Source: Burkholderiaceae bacterium (GTDB lineage Bacteria > Pseudomonadota > Gammaproteobacteria > Burkholderiales > Burkholderiaceae_A). Taken from it: a DNA stretch of 52,600 bases. A program made the translations under genes and the position numbers. Below are positions 19,438 through 31,560 of the stretch, in pieces. Location of the stretch: contig JALRJP010000002.1 in the NCBI GenBank assembly GCA_023261135.1, positions 1 through 52,600 on the forward strand, read 5' to 3'. The stretch's first letter is position 1. Every line of letters begins with the position of its first letter. Below the pieces are notes generated by a model, which ran no database searches, was not told where the DNA came from, and saw only the letters and a program-made list of their open reading frames with translations.

Positions 19438-20183
19438 GCCCTGCCGTTGTTTTTCATTCGGTGACGAAGCAGTACTCGGCCAGGTTCGGTGAGCCTTTGC
19501 TCGCGCTTGATCGGGTTGACTTTCAGATTGAGCGAGGTGAGTTTTTTGGACTGCTCGGGCCCAATGGCGCAGGTAAGACGAGTCTTATTCAGATTATGGC
19601 GGGCCTCTCTGCCCCAAGCTCAGGCCATGTTGAGGTCTTGGGGGAACGAGTCGACTTAAACCCAAGTCTGACGCGGCGCAGACTTGGTGTGGTACCTCAA
19701 GAACTTGTCTTCGACCCGTTTTTTACCGTACGCGAGACTCTGGAGATTCAGTCCGGATTTTTTGGTCTTTCAAATAACGGGGATTGGATTGATGAGTGCC
19801 TGGAGTCTCTTGGCCTCGCCGATAAAGCGCAGACCAATCTTCGTGCGCTGTCTGGCGGCATGAAACGTCGCGTCCTTGTGGCTCAAGCGCTTGTTCATCG
19901 TCCGCCCGTTATTGTTCTTGATGAGCCCACGGCAGGTGTTGATATCCAACTTCGAGAAAGTCTCTGGTCCTTTATTGGGGGATTAAACAAAAAGGGGCAC
20001 ACGATCTTGCTAACAACCCATTATCTCGAGGAGGCAGAGGCCTTGTGTGGCCGGGTCGCCTTCCTAAAAAAAGGTAGGCTCATGGCCGTAAGGTCTACCC
20101 ATGAATTGCTTGCACAGGAGGGCCGTCTTGAGTCAGTCTTTCGTCGCATTCTGTCCCAAGACCTTGAGTCTGAGAAGGCTTAG
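19434..20183 (+). CDS. ABC-2-type transporter ATP-binding protein (YadG-like); no permease adjacent
   Basis: [57 protein letters not shown]. Confidence 0.92.
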   Translation: MSPAVVFHSVTKQYSARFGEPLLALDRVDFQIERGEFFGLLGPNGAGKTSLIQIMAGLSAPSSGHVEVLGERVDLNPSLTRRRLGVVPQELVFDPFFTVRETLEIQSGFFGLSNNGDWIDECLESLGLADKAQTNLRALSGGMKRRVLVAQALVHRPPVIVLDEPTAGVDIQLRESLWSFIGGLNKKGHTILLTTHYLEEAEALCGRVAFLKKGRLMAVRSTHELLAQEGRLESVFRRILSQDLESEKA

Positions 20184-20192
20184 AATGTAGCT

Positions 20193-20447
20193 ATGGTTCA
20201 GCCCAGCGACATAGAAAATTACATCCGCCAAGGCCTTGACTGCTCGCACCTTCATGTTGAGGGTGATGGACATCACTTCGAGGCCGTCATCGTGAGCTCA
20301 AGCTTTGAGGGTCTTCGTTTGGTCGCCCGGCACCAGAAAGTCTACGGGGTCTTGGGCGATCGCATGCGCCAAGAAATTCACGCCTTGTCTATGAAGACGC
20401 TCACCCCGCAGGAATGGTCTACCCAGTCCTCGCGGCCTCTAAGCTAG
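20193..20447 (+). CDS. ibaG: BolA/IbaG family protein
   Basis: [27 protein letters not shown]; directly upstream of murA. Confidence 0.9.
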   Translation: MVQPSDIENYIRQGLDCSHLHVEGDGHHFEAVIVSSSFEGLRLVARHQKVYGVLGDRMRQEIHALSMKTLTPQEWSTQSSRPLS

Positions 20448-22372
<1,925 letters not shown>

Positions 22373-22390
22373 AGGCATAGGCTTTTCAAC

Positions 22391-23704
22391 ATGCTTCACC
22401 TTAATAGCCAGCAGGCAGGTTTCCAGAAGGTCTTCCAAGATCGACTTGCCTTTGAGCCAAGTCTGGATGTCTCTGTCATGGAGTCTGTCCGTGCGGTTCT
22501 TGCCAGCATTCGCCAAGAAGGTGATGACGCGGTTATTCGCTACACCCGTCAGTGGGATGGCTTATCTGTCTCGTCTTTTCACGAGCTTGAGGTTACGAAG
22601 GATGTTATGCGGACCGCCTTCAAGGGGCTTGATGAGGCTCGGCGTAATGCACTTGAGACTGCCGCACGCCGCATTCGAGACTTTCATGAGGCTCAGAAGC
22701 AGGAGTCTTGGTCGATGGATGACGGGCAAGGCTCAGTTCTTGGTCAGCGAATAACGCCCATTGACCGGGCGGGCCTTTATGTTCCTGGGGGCAAGGCCGC
22801 TTATCCCTCGTCGGTCCTTATGAACGCTATTCCTGCAAAGGTCGCGGGCGTCAACGAGCTCATCATGGTAGTTCCGACACCCGGCGGTGAGCGCAACGAG
22901 CTGGTGCTTGCGGCGGCCTATCTTGCAGGTGTTGATCGAATCTTCACCATTGGGGGGGCACAGGCTGTGGGCGCCCTTGCCTTTGGAACGCAGTCTGTAC
23001 CTGCAGTCGACAAGATTGTCGGGCCAGGCAATGCCTATGTGGCCGAGGCCAAGCGCCAGGTTTTTGGGCGTGTGGGTATTGACATGATTGCCGGGCCCTC
23101 TGAAATTCTAGTGATCTCCGACGGAACGGTCTCTCCCCAATGGGTAGCCATGGACCTCTTCTCGCAGGCCGAGCACGACGAGATGGCGCAGTCCATCTTG
23201 CTAAGTACGAGCCCTCAGCACAGCCTTGAAGTTCTGCAGGCAGTCAAGGCCCTGCTTCCCGAAATGCCAAGGCGGGCTGTCATTGAGAAGTCGCTTGCCG
23301 ACCGCGGCCTAATTGTTGATGTTCAGTCTATGCAAGAGGCCTGCGAATTGGCCAGTCTTGCCGCGCCCGAGCACCTTGAAATTCTTACGCAAGGCCCTGA
23401 ACAGTGGGCCGATAAAATTCGCCATGCAGGGGCTATTTTTATGGGACCGTTTGCCTCAGAGTCTCTTGGTGATTACTGTGCAGGCCCTAACCATGTCTTG
23501 CCAACCATGCGAAGCGCGCGCTTTTCATCTCCGCTTGGTGTTTACGATTTTCAAAAGCGCACCAGTATGTTGAAGGTCTCGGAGGCGTCCGCCCAAAGCT
23601 TAGGCGCGGTAGCTGCTGAGCTTGCTTGGGGGGAGGGCCTTGCGGCCCATGCTCGCGCTGCGGAACTTCGCATGCAGCCCGTGCCCAAGCCACGCTACGA
23701 GTAG
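22391..23704 (+). CDS. hisD: Histidinol dehydrogenase
   Basis: [61 protein letters not shown]. Confidence 0.98.
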   Translation: MLHLNSQQAGFQKVFQDRLAFEPSLDVSVMESVRAVLASIRQEGDDAVIRYTRQWDGLSVSSFHELEVTKDVMRTAFKGLDEARRNALETAARRIRDFHEAQKQESWSMDDGQGSVLGQRITPIDRAGLYVPGGKAAYPSSVLMNAIPAKVAGVNELIMVVPTPGGERNELVLAAAYLAGVDRIFTIGGAQAVGALAFGTQSVPAVDKIVGPGNAYVAEAKRQVFGRVGIDMIAGPSEILVISDGTVSPQWVAMDLFSQAEHDEMAQSILLSTSPQHSLEVLQAVKALLPEMPRRAVIEKSLADRGLIVDVQSMQEACELASLAAPEHLEILTQGPEQWADKIRHAGAIFMGPFASESLGDYCAGPNHVLPTMRSARFSSPLGVYDFQKRTSMLKVSEASAQSLGAVAAELAWGEGLAAHARAAELRMQPVPKPRYE

Positions 23705-23789
23705 CTAGACACCAACGACCCCGTTCGAGCGGCGGCTGCCTTGGCTATAAGGTCTTAGCTGTACTTAGCTGGTTTCAGGACAGTCTCGC

Positions 23790-24902
<1,113 letters not shown>

Positions 24903-25679
24903 CTAGACAACAGACGTCATGTCTCCCGCTTCTCCTCCCTGAGCGGGCGCCTTCACAAAGGCATTATCGCCGGTAGCCTCGCTACCGGCTTTTTTTTGCC
25001 CTAACCATTCGGCAATTTTCTCGAGAACTGCCTCCCGGCCCGTCTGCTTAAGCCCAGAAAAGAGCGATGCGGAAACTGCACCCCCCCAAACGTTAGACCG
25101 CTCTGAAATAAGTGCGTTGACTGTGCGTAGCGTCTGAGCCTGTTGCTGGCGCCCAAGCTTGTCAGCCTTGGTGAGAAGAATGTGGACCGGCCGCTGCCGC
25201 GGCCCAAACCAGTCGAGCAACTGAGTGTCAAGCATACCGAGTGGATGACGACAGTCGCAGACAAGAAGGAGCCCCATAAGGTTAGGTCGTGTAGCGAGGT
25301 AGCGTGACAACTCAAGCTGCCACTGTTTTTGAATTTGCTTGCTTACGGCCGCGTATCCGTAGCCTGGCAGGTCTACGAGGCGACCGATTTCCTCGTCATT
25401 ATCGAAGAGCCCAAAAAGATTAATGAGTCGAGTACGCCCGGGGGTCTTGCTGGCAAAGGCGAGCCGTCGTCTCTGGCAGAGTACATTCAGTGTGGTGGAC
25501 TTCCCGGCGTTTGAGCGCCCGGCAATTGCAAACTCAGGCGCCGACGGGCTCGGCAATTGATCAACACGGGCGGCACTTTTAAGAAACGCAATGCCGGACA
25601 GTCGGCGGGAAAGCCAGTCGGCCTCGGCAGAAGGGGGGCTAGGGGCATTCTGACTGCGGGTTTGCACTAAACTAGACAT
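24903..25679 (-). CDS. engB: Ribosome biogenesis GTP-binding protein EngB (YihA/YsxC)
   Basis: AGRSNAGKS, SKTPGRT, DLPGYGYA, LTKADK, FSG motifs. Confidence 0.96.
   Translation of the reverse strand: MSSLVQTRSQNAPSPPSAEADWLSRRLSGIAFLKSAARVDQLPSPSAPEFAIAGRSNAGKSTTLNVLCQRRRLAFASKTPGRTRLINLFGLFDNDEEIGRLVDLPGYGYAAVSKQIQKQWQLELSRYLATRPNLMGLLLVCDCRHPLGMLDTQLLDWFGPRQRPVHILLTKADKLGRQQQAQTLRTVNALISERSNVWGGAVSASLFSGLKQTGREAVLEKIAEWLGQKKAGSEATGDNAFVKAPAQGGEAGDMTSVV
24920..24997 (+). ncRNA. Anti-hemB-like / double-hairpin small RNA with a CU-rich anti-SD loop (5' end uncertain)
   Basis: Hairpin CCCGCT-TCTCCTCCCTG-AGCGGG (24925-24947), small hairpin GCCTT-CACA-AAGGC (24949-24962), terminator GCCGGTAGC-CTC-GCTACCGGC-T8 (24969-24997); on the strand opposite hemB, upstream of hemB. 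Confidence 0.72.
24969..24997 (+). terminator. Intrinsic terminator of the sRNA
   Basis: Perfect 9-bp GC-rich stem, 3-nt loop, eight T; no plus-strand CDS lies upstream to explain it. Confidence 0.8.
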
Positions 25680-25759
25680 TTCTCATTGAACCAGTTAGCA
25701 GTTTACGAACTCTCATACGAGTCACTGAAGTGACCCATAGGTAAAAGGCCATTGAAACC

Positions 25760-26494
25760 ATGATTACACAAGCTTCCTCTTGCCGTCCTCTCTTTCGTTT
25801 CAGCCCGCTGTCTCACAATGCATTGGGGCATCTGTTCTTAGGTACCTTCAAGCGCGCTCTTGCGCCCCTTTCCGCATGCCTGGTTATGGCTGCCTCGGTG
25901 GGAGGTCTTCAGGCGGCCACCCCTCCCAAGCTAGTGGCTGCCGACCTTGCAAAGGGTCAGGCCGTTGCCTCTGCGGTCTGTATTGCCTGTCACGCAGCCG
26001 ACGGTAACAGTGCAATCTCCATCTATCCCATTCTTGCAGGCCAGCACGCCGGTTATTTGGCAAAGCAATTACATAATTTTCAAGTCAAGCCAGGAGCAGC
26101 AGGAGCCGAGCGCGCAAATGCTGTTATGGCGGGGTTTGCGGCCTCGCTCTCAGAGCAGGATATAAACAATGTATCGGCGTATTACGCGGCGCAGGCCATT
26201 AAGCCGTCTTATTCCAAGGACAAAGACATTATTGAGAGAGGTCAGCGCATCTATCGAGCAGGCATTCCCTCGCAGGGCGTTCCCGCTTGCGCAGGCTGCC
26301 ATGGCCCCAACGGCAAAGGCATTCCTGCACAGTACCCAAGGCTCTCCGGCCAACATGCCGATTACACGGCAGCAACCTTGGCAGCGTTTAAGTCGGGTGA
26401 GCGGGCCAATAGCACTCAGATGATGTCAATTGCCAAAGGCATGAACGAGGGCGACATGAAGTCTGTAGCAGAGTACCTTGCAGGACTCCGATAA
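25760..26494 (+). CDS. Diheme cytochrome c4
   Basis: Two CXXCH motifs (CIACH, CAGCH), YPILAGQH and YPRLSGQH, signal peptide; start uncertain. Confidence 0.93.
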   Translation: MITQASSCRPLFRFSPLSHNALGHLFLGTFKRALAPLSACLVMAASVGGLQAATPPKLVAADLAKGQAVASAVCIACHAADGNSAISIYPILAGQHAGYLAKQLHNFQVKPGAAGAERANAVMAGFAASLSEQDINNVSAYYAAQAIKPSYSKDKDIIERGQRIYRAGIPSQGVPACAGCHGPNGKGIPAQYPRLSGQHADYTAATLAAFKSGERANSTQMMSIAKGMNEGDMKSVAEYLAGLR

Positions 26495-28556
26495 GCCCTC
26501 TACTGCCGGTATAGAACTCAAGGCCGGCTCGGCCTGGGTTCGGGAAACCATTGAGCTTTTAAGCTCGATGCGCTTCGCTATTTCTGCCTTGTCTGTGCTC
26601 TGCATTGCAAGTGCAATTGGCACCATTGTTCCGCAGGCCTCGCCCGATATTAACTATGTGAACCAGTTTGGGGCTTTCTGGGCCGAAGTCTTCGGTGCCT
26701 TCGACGTTTTTCGTGTCTATAACGCGCCATGGTTCTTGGTCTTTATGGCGCTTATGCTTGTATCGACCACCCTCTGCCTTATTCGCAACACACCCAAAAT
26801 GGTTCGGGAGGCAAGGTTGTGGCCCGTCCACGTTCGTGACCGAGCCTTTGTGGCTTTTAGTCATCGCCACGAGAATCCCGTTGCCAGCGAATCTCAGGCG
26901 GGGCTCTCTGTTCAGCAAGCCACGGACTGGTTGAAGTCCCGAGGGTATGGCATTAAGAGCCCCTCCTCTGACGATGCCAGCCTACCTGTCGTTGTTGCAA
27001 AAAAAGGCGGATCCAATCGGCTTGGATACGTTGCAGCGCATCTGGCTATTGTTGTTATTTCTTTGGGGGGCCTTCTTGATAGCGAAATCCCCACGCGTGC
27101 CGCAGCCTGGTGGTGGGACAAGGCGCCGGTGAATCTTTCCGGACTTAATTCGGCAGACGACGTTCCCTCCTCCGCCAAGATGCCTCAGGCCACACCAACC
27201 TACAGGGCAAACCTGTTAATCCCCGAGGGGCAGACCTCTGATCTTGCGGTCATAAACAAGCCGGGTGGTGCTCTGCTACTAGACCTTCCTTTTGAACTTA
27301 CGCTTAAGGAGTTTCGGGTCGATTACTACAGCACCGGCATGCCCAAGCTCTTTGCGAGCCAAGTCGTGCTTAAAGACAAAATAGATGGCACGGTTCGTGA
27401 GGCCACTATCGAGGTTAATAAGCCACTCATTCACCGGGGTGTGGCGATCTACCAGTCAAGCTTTGATGACGGAGGGTCCAAGCTTAAACTCGTGGCGCAC
27501 CCTTTGAATGGGCCCATAAGGCAGTTGCTACCTATTGAGCTGGCCGTAGGGCAGTCTGTGCCTTTGCGCAGTGAGGGCCAGACCTTAGCCCTTGAGATCT
27601 CGGGATTCAAGGCCATAAACGTTGAAAATATTGGTGATCAAGCGCCTATTGAAGACCCGTTTAAGAAGCACGTGGCTGCGGTTCTATCCCCCGCAGTGAA
27701 TGCCACCAAGAGCAAGAATCTAAGGAATGTTGGACCCAGCTTTAATTACAAGCTTCGTGACACGGCCGGTCAGGCAAAAGAGTTTCACAGTTATATGCTC
27801 CCCATCGACCTTGATGGCGCTCCGGTCTTTCTTATTGGTGTTCGCGACAGTCCGGATGAGAGCTTTCGCTATCTTCGTATCCCTGCCGATGAGAACGGCT
27901 CGCTTCAGGAGTACATGCGACTTCGTGTGGCCATGGCAAATCCTCAGGTTCGACAAAGGGCTGCAGAAATTTTTGCTCAGCGCTCTGCCCCTGACAATCT
28001 TGCGCCCGCATTAGCCAGCAGCGCGCAGAGGTCCCTCGATGCCGTGGCAGAGGGCGGTCTTCAGGGTCTGGCTGATCTTCTCGAGCAGACCGTACCCGAG
28101 GCCGAGCGTGACCGGGCTGCCGATGTTGTCGTGCGCATGCTGACCTCGGCCTTTTGGGAGGTCTGGCAGCTTGCCCGCCTGACCGATGGCTTGCCAAGGC
28201 TCGAGCAAAACGACCAGACCTTGAACTTTACCCAGCGGGCACTGAATGCCTACAGCGACAGCCAGCTCTTCGGTGCTCCGCTGTTGGTGATGCTCGATGA
28301 CTTCGAACAAGTTCAGGCCTCCGTTTTTCAAGTAACTCGGTCACCGGGAAAGACCACGGTCTACCTAGGCTGTTTGTTGCTAACCATCGGAATTTTCGCC
28401 ATGCTCTACATTCCAGAGCGTCGAGTCTGGGTCTGGCGCAGCGTGAATGAGTCGGGACAGGTGGAGTCGGTTCGCTTGGCCGCCTCAACAACTCGGCATT
28501 CGCTTGATTTTGATCGTGAATTTCAGGAACTTCGCGCTTCTATAAAACCTCATTAG
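26478..28556 (+). CDS. resB: Cytochrome c biogenesis protein ResB/Ccs1 (system II)
   Basis: ELLSSMRFAI, ASAIGT, LCLIRN, AAHLAIVVI, FRVDYYSTGMPKLFAS, IEVNKPL, QVTRSPGK. Confidence 0.93.
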   Translation: MQDSDKPSTAGIELKAGSAWVRETIELLSSMRFAISALSVLCIASAIGTIVPQASPDINYVNQFGAFWAEVFGAFDVFRVYNAPWFLVFMALMLVSTTLCLIRNTPKMVREARLWPVHVRDRAFVAFSHRHENPVASESQAGLSVQQATDWLKSRGYGIKSPSSDDASLPVVVAKKGGSNRLGYVAAHLAIVVISLGGLLDSEIPTRAAAWWWDKAPVNLSGLNSADDVPSSAKMPQATPTYRANLLIPEGQTSDLAVINKPGGALLLDLPFELTLKEFRVDYYSTGMPKLFASQVVLKDKIDGTVREATIEVNKPLIHRGVAIYQSSFDDGGSKLKLVAHPLNGPIRQLLPIELAVGQSVPLRSEGQTLALEISGFKAINVENIGDQAPIEDPFKKHVAAVLSPAVNATKSKNLRNVGPSFNYKLRDTAGQAKEFHSYMLPIDLDGAPVFLIGVRDSPDESFRYLRIPADENGSLQEYMRLRVAMANPQVRQRAAEIFAQRSAPDNLAPALASSAQRSLDAVAEGGLQGLADLLEQTVPEAERDRAADVVVRMLTSAFWEVWQLARLTDGLPRLEQNDQTLNFTQRALNAYSDSQLFGAPLLVMLDDFEQVQASVFQVTRSPGKTTVYLGCLLLTIGIFAMLYIPERRVWVWRSVNESGQVESVRLAASTTRHSLDFDREFQELRASIKPH

Positions 28557-28582
28557 CAAGGGCGCAACTGCGGGAGTAACGA

Positions 28583-29923
28583 ATGAACACAGCTACAGCA
28601 AACACAGCAACGGCAGCTGAACTCACAATGCCGTCTCCAGCCGTTCGGGCCGTTGGGCGTGAGCGAATCGGCGTGCTTGATTTCGGTTTCTTTCTCATTC
28701 TTGCGCTCGGCGCGGCCTATGTAAGTCAGCAGTACGGGTCGTCCATGGATATCTATGAGACGGTTATTCTCTGGGCCTGTGTGCCATCCATCGCCTTCCT
28801 TGGATGGCTCTGGCCGGCCCTGCGCCCTTACTTTATTGGCTGCGCCGTCCTTGCCCTTATTGGTATTTCAGCCTACGGGGGAACGTCTCAGGGGGCTGAA
28901 GATAAGTTCCTGTTGAAATATTTTCTGTCTTCGCAGTCCGCGATTCTATGGATGTCGGTCTTATTCCTGTTTTCTTCGGTCATGTACTGGGTCGGTACTT
29001 TCTCGCAGGGTCAGACAGCACTGTGGATGGGCTCGGTCACGGCGTGGGCGGCCTGTGTCATGGGCTTTGTTGGTCTGCTTGTGCGCTGGTATGAGTCCTA
29101 CCTTATTTCCCCCGATGTTGGCTATATCCCTGTAAGCAACCTCTACGAGGTTTTCATCTTATTTGCGGTCATCACCTCCATGTTTTACCTTTACTACGAA
29201 CGTCGATACCAGACGCGTGCACTGGGGGGCTTTGTTTCTCTTGTGGTTGTTGCTGCTGTGGGCTTTCTCTTGTGGTACTCGGCCACACGCTCTGCCCACG
29301 AGATCCAACCGCTTGTGCCAGCCCTGCAGTCGTGGTGGATGAAAATCCACGTGCCCGCCAATTTTGTTGGCTATGGCACTTTCTCTATCGCCGCCATGGT
29401 GGGCTTTGCTTACCTTATTAAGTCCAAGGCAGAAGAGACGTCGCTGAAGTCGTTCATTCCCTTGTTCATATTCGGCGTTCTTCTTTGTGCAGAGCCTCTT
29501 GTTTTCCGTCGCTCAGGCTTGCCTGATTACTGGGCACTTTACTTCGGTCTTTCCGCAGTTTTTGTTGGGACGATTATTGTTTTTCGTCGTCGTATTGCAG
29601 AGAAGTTGCCGACCCTCGAGGTGCTCGACGATGTTATGTACCGAGCCATTGCCATTGGCTTTGCCTTCTTTACCGTAGCCACTATTCTGGGGGCATTGTG
29701 GGCCGCGGAGGCCTGGGGTACCTACTGGCAATGGGACCCTAAGGAAACCTGGGCGCTCATTGTCTGGTTGAACTACGCTGCCTGGCTTCACTTGCGCCTA
29801 GTGAAGGGTCTGCGCGGACAGTTCGCAGCCTACTGGTCCCTTGTTGGTTTACTGATTACAGGCTTCGCCTTCTTAGGGGTCAATATGTTCTTGTCAGGTC
29901 TGCATTCCTATGGGCAGTTATAA
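28583..29923 (+). CDS. ccsB: Cytochrome c biogenesis heme transporter/synthase CcsB (ResC/CcsA family, system II)
   Basis: PVSNLYE, PALQSWWMKIHVP, WWD domain WAAEAWGTYWQWDPKETW, C-terminal GLHSY. Confidence 0.95.
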   Translation: MNTATANTATAAELTMPSPAVRAVGRERIGVLDFGFFLILALGAAYVSQQYGSSMDIYETVILWACVPSIAFLGWLWPALRPYFIGCAVLALIGISAYGGTSQGAEDKFLLKYFLSSQSAILWMSVLFLFSSVMYWVGTFSQGQTALWMGSVTAWAACVMGFVGLLVRWYESYLISPDVGYIPVSNLYEVFILFAVITSMFYLYYERRYQTRALGGFVSLVVVAAVGFLLWYSATRSAHEIQPLVPALQSWWMKIHVPANFVGYGTFSIAAMVGFAYLIKSKAEETSLKSFIPLFIFGVLLCAEPLVFRRSGLPDYWALYFGLSAVFVGTIIVFRRRIAEKLPTLEVLDDVMYRAIAIGFAFFTVATILGALWAAEAWGTYWQWDPKETWALIVWLNYAAWLHLRLVKGLRGQFAAYWSLVGLLITGFAFLGVNMFLSGLHSYGQL

Positions 29924-30899
29924 GGCTCTTGTAGGCCCATCCGCACCGAAGGCCTCGGAGATAACACCCGAGGCCTTTTTTCTAAATAGGCGTCGCCTTA
30001 CGACAGCGCTTGCCTGTGGTTCTGGGCTTGCCCTTGGTACCTTGCCCAAGACAGCAACAGCAAAATCAACGGCGGCTGGGCTTGCTGTTCCGCAACCTTT
30101 GTCTGCCCGGCCTAGCGCGTGGACGCTTATGGATAAGCCCACCGAGTCTCATCACTTCCTTAGCTACAACAATTTCTACGAGTTTGGCACTGACAAATCT
30201 GACCCTGCAGAGTATGCGCCTTCGCGTCTTATTGTTGAGCCATGGACGCTACGCGTTGAGGGCCTTGTCTCTAAGCCCAGGACCTTCAATATGCAAGAGC
30301 TAGCAAAGCTTGGCGCCTTGGAAGAACGGGTCTACCGGCTTCGTTGTGTCGAGGGCTGGTCCATGATTGTCCCCTGGATTGGTCTTCCTCTGGCAAGCCT
30401 GATTAAGCAGGTCCAGCCTCTTGGTTCGGCAAAGTACTTGCAGTTTGTGAGTCTTGCCGATGAAAAGCAGATGCCGGGCCTACGCTCTGATGTCTTGCAG
30501 TGGCCGTATCGTGAGGGCCTGCGAATGGACGAGGCCGTGCACGACCTTACACTGCTTACGCTGGGCGCTTACGGTAAGACACTGGCCGCTCAAAACGGAG
30601 CGCCGGTTCGGCTTGTGGTGCCTTGGAAATACGGATTCAAAAGTGCCAAGTCCATTGTTGCCATTCAGTTTGTTGAGCAACAGCCTCAAATTAGTTGGCA
30701 AAAGGCGGCGGCCCATGAGTATGGTTTTTACTCCAACGTAAACCCCGAGGTACCCCACCGCCGGTGGTCTCAGGCCACGGAGCGCCGCATTGGAGAGGGC
30801 GGGTTATTTGCGCCGCGGCGGCCTACTTTAATGTTCAACGGCTATGCGGAACAGGTGGCCTCACTTTATATCGGCATGGACCTACGAAGGTACTACTAG
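29910..30899 (+). CDS. msrP: Protein-methionine-sulfoxide reductase catalytic subunit MsrP (YedY), Tat-exported molybdoenzyme
   Basis: SEITPE..FLNRRR Tat motif, YNNFYEFGTDK, YRLRCVEGWS, PWKYGFKSAKSI, FYSNVNP..HRRWSQA. Confidence 0.97.
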   Translation: MGSYKALVGPSAPKASEITPEAFFLNRRRLTTALACGSGLALGTLPKTATAKSTAAGLAVPQPLSARPSAWTLMDKPTESHHFLSYNNFYEFGTDKSDPAEYAPSRLIVEPWTLRVEGLVSKPRTFNMQELAKLGALEERVYRLRCVEGWSMIVPWIGLPLASLIKQVQPLGSAKYLQFVSLADEKQMPGLRSDVLQWPYREGLRMDEAVHDLTLLTLGAYGKTLAAQNGAPVRLVVPWKYGFKSAKSIVAIQFVEQQPQISWQKAAAHEYGFYSNVNPEVPHRRWSQATERRIGEGGLFAPRRPTLMFNGYAEQVASLYIGMDLRRYY

Positions 30900-30900
30900 C

Positions 30901-31512
30901 TTGCTTGTAGCGAGCCTTCAGGCTTGGGCCGCATTACCTTTGATGCTTGGCGGTCTTGTTCTTGTTGGGGCGGTTGACCTTGGCGCCAACCCTCAAGAGT
31001 CTATTATTCGGGGCCTTGGCCAGGCGAGTCTTAGCCTGCTCATTTTTGCCTATGCCATAACGGCCTTGGAGCGGCTTTGGCAAAATCTTGTTGCAGCAGG
31101 CTTTGGCTATGGGGTGACACGGGCGAAACCCTTCGGTCTTGTCGTGGCGCGACGCGGCATAGGTCTATGGGCCCTTACCTATGCGCTGCTTCATCTTCTG
31201 GCTTATTGGCTCTTTGAGCTAGACCAAGACACATGGCAGGTCTTGGTTGATTTTTTTCGCAGGCCTTTTGTAACCCTTGGCATGCTTGCGCTTTTGATCA
31301 TGCTCGCCTTGGGTGTTACATCGAACCGATTCAGCATGCAAAGGCTTGGCCCTTCATGGAAGAAGCTTCATCGGCTTATTGGGCTGATTGTAATTCTCTC
31401 GCTTCTTCACTATGCCTTGCACAAGGCCGGAAAGAACGACTTTGTTGAGCCCTTAGCCTTTGGACTGGTTGCAGTGGCCGCTTGGCTTTTAAAGCTTAGA
31501 CGTCCTAGTTGA
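30901..31512 (+). CDS. msrQ: Heme-binding membrane subunit MsrQ (YedZ)
   Basis: LGANPQE, RRGIGL..YALLH, LGVTSN, WKKLHRL..LLH ferric-reductase-like His motifs; start uncertain (in-frame TTG at 30901 right after the msrP stop; ORF track starts at 30844). Confidence 0.9.
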   Translation: MLVASLQAWAALPLMLGGLVLVGAVDLGANPQESIIRGLGQASLSLLIFAYAITALERLWQNLVAAGFGYGVTRAKPFGLVVARRGIGLWALTYALLHLLAYWLFELDQDTWQVLVDFFRRPFVTLGMLALLIMLALGVTSNRFSMQRLGPSWKKLHRLIGLIVILSLLHYALHKAGKNDFVEPLAFGLVAVAAWLLKLRRPS

Positions 31513-31530
31513 ACCGAGCTGCTTACGTTC

Positions 31531-31560
31531 GACTGGGTTTTTCGAAAAACGGCATCAGTC
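31531..31560. terminator. Palindrome/hairpin between convergent msrQ and lysA
   Basis: Perfect 14-bp palindrome GTTTTTCGAAAAAC (31537-31550) flanked by GACTG...CAGTC. Confidence 0.3.
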
